From Tubiluchus corallicola (lineage: Eukaryota > Animalia > Priapulida), in NCBI GenBank assembly GCA_030141605.1, contig JAQGDQ010000226.1, positions 248,001 to 312,000 of the forward strand: a DNA stretch of 64,000 bases, given 5' to 3'. The position numbers were made by a program, and so were the translations under genes. How positions within the stretch are numbered: the first letter of the stretch is position 1; every line of letters starts with the position of its first letter. The notes under the pieces were generated by a model, which was given only the letters and a program-made list of their open reading frames with translations, searched no databases and was not told the origin of the DNA. Of the stretch, positions 62,243-64,000 are shown piece by piece.

Positions 62243-63342
62243 GTGACGTTTTACAAGTTGGCGCGAACATTTTAACTTACTAAGGTTTTTACTTTCTAGT
62301 TACAAAGTCTTTCAAGCAGGTAAGTGTAATTCTAAGTAATATATAACTTTGTATAGAAAAATTTTGGTACATACTTTAAATTGCCTTAAAACGTAAGCTA
62401 TCATTTGTTTGCACGTGCTTGGTACAAACTGGTACCTTTCATATCTGAAGCTAAAGTTTCTGCTATAAAACTATTTTAGCAACAGACACGTTTGCGTGAT
62501 ATTTAGGCAATGTTTAGGTCAAACATGTATACTTATATATTATTGTTATCTCTCAGGTTAGCATGGGTACACTGAAGCCAGGTGTCAGAGCGTCATTATT
62601 GATTTTTGCATTACCTGTAGAGTTTGTTTGACATGCTTGGCTGCTCTGGTATGAGAGGTTAGATAGCCTTAGCATAGAAAAAAATCCTGTTTTAGTGGTA
62701 TAGAGGTCAGTAGTTGTGAGGTCAGTATGCCACTGTTGTAAAATCAGTATGTCTCTGTTGATTTCTGAAGACTGGCTTGAAGTTTTTTTTCTACAGATCC
62801 TCAAACGTTTGTAAGTTCATATGTTTCTTCATTTTTATGCAGAGCTTTGCAGTAATTTATTTGTCAACTTAATAGTTTCTAATAGTGTTACAGTAATGCC
62901 TAATTATTGATTTTTGTAACTGCATATGCATATGCGTGTTTTTGTGTAGGCGTGCATGTTGATTTGTGATATGTCAGGAAGTTTATTTATTAGTAAATTC
63001 TGCTTCAGTATGCTTGTTAATTTGCTAACTTTTTTGCACGTCTGTTATTGGTTTCTTTTTGTTTCATTTTCTTTTTTCTTGTTTCTATTGCAGTTTCACC
63101 TTTTTTACAATGAGTGGAAAATAAAATCTGTAAAACAAATAACCAGTTTTCTACAATTATAATATCCTTGAGTGTACAGCATGCACATAATTCTGTCTGC
63201 CTGAAAAGTTTAACCTGTCACAATTCCGGAGGAACACCAACAGGTACCTTCTATTAATATATTATGTACTAACAAATCAGATATCCGACTTCTACTTCTC
63301 TGGAAGCGTTCACGTCTTCGTCTTTATACTACACCCCCTTAC

Positions 63343-63374
63343 TTAGAATGGCCATTGGCCTTGTTTACGGCAGC
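63343..63374 (-). CDS. Probable terminal exon of the collagen-like gene (GCRKQGQWPF*)
   Basis: TTTCTTTACACAG acceptor; phase 1 matches the donor at 63450; 76-bp intron. Confidence 0.6.
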
Positions 63375-63450
63375 CTGTGTAAAGAAAATTACAAAAGGCA
63401 CTAAATCGTCAAATGGTGGCATAAAAGAGACGTAATGTATAGCTCCTTAC

Positions 63451-64000
63451 CTGGAATCCCAGGATGACCTACATGACCTGGTGGGCCTGGAAATCCTTGA
63501 ACTCCTGGAGGTCCTTGAATTCCAGGTGGACCTGGAACTCCTGGAAGACCATGAGGTCCTTTTGCACCTGGAGCACCAGGCGGACCAGGATGGCCCTTGT
63601 CACCTGGGTGACCCTTATCTCCCTTTGCACCAGGATGTCCTGGTGCACCATGTTTTCCGTCTTTGCCTGGCGTTCCATCTGTCCCTGGTGTGCCGGCTTC
63701 TCCTGGTGTGCCGTCTGTTCCTGGAGGACCTGAGTCACCCTGAGGTCCAGGTGAACCAGTTTTTCCGTGTGTACCTGGTGCACCCGTATGGCCTTTTTCA
63801 CCAGGTGCACCAGCAGGACCTGTTGCCCCAGGAGAGCCTGCTGGGCCAGGTACACCTGGGTGACCTTTATCTCCCTTTGGGCCTTCTGGACCAGCTGGTC
63901 CAGGTGCCCCATCAAGACCGTCAATGCCTGCGTCACCAGTCTCACCTTTCATTCCTCTAGTTCCACTAGGTCCATCTGGACCAGGCGGCCCTGTTGGACC
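63451..64000 (-). CDS. Collagen-like protein, Gly-X-Y exon (continues beyond the window)
   Basis: About 60 uninterrupted Gly-X-Y triplets; CAG|GTAAG donor at 63451/63450. Confidence 0.92.

Noticed and set aside
63464-63960. Alternative-frame ORFs overlapping the collagen exon
   Set aside because: By-products of Gly-X-Y codon periodicity.

Overview
AT-rich animal (invertebrate-like) genomic DNA with one 16-N gap at 17022-17037. Bases ~2.5-45.3 kb hold a head-to-tail (+ strand) array of intronless class A (rhodopsin-like) GPCR genes: 12 apparently intact, one with a compensated double frameshift, one frameshifted pseudogene and about 9 fragments. The array was built by segmental duplication and is interleaved with 75-, 31-, 57- and 100-bp tandem repeats and transposon debris. 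The receptors lack the TM3-ECL2 disulfide, have a minimal ECL2, keep an invariant acidic residue at 5.42 with E/Q/G at 3.32 (reminiscent of non-classical amine/diamine recognition by TAARs), and are mosaics of interchangeable modules. Downstream are the last two exons of a gamma-glutamyltranspeptidase (no upstream exons found, so the array may be intronic), a MITE, an inverted pair of (CTA)n-tailed retroposons, a 3'-truncated Ty3/gypsy element inside a 24-bp minisatellite, and the 3' end of a His-rich collagen-like gene on the - strand. All calls come from reading the sequence; no database searches were run.
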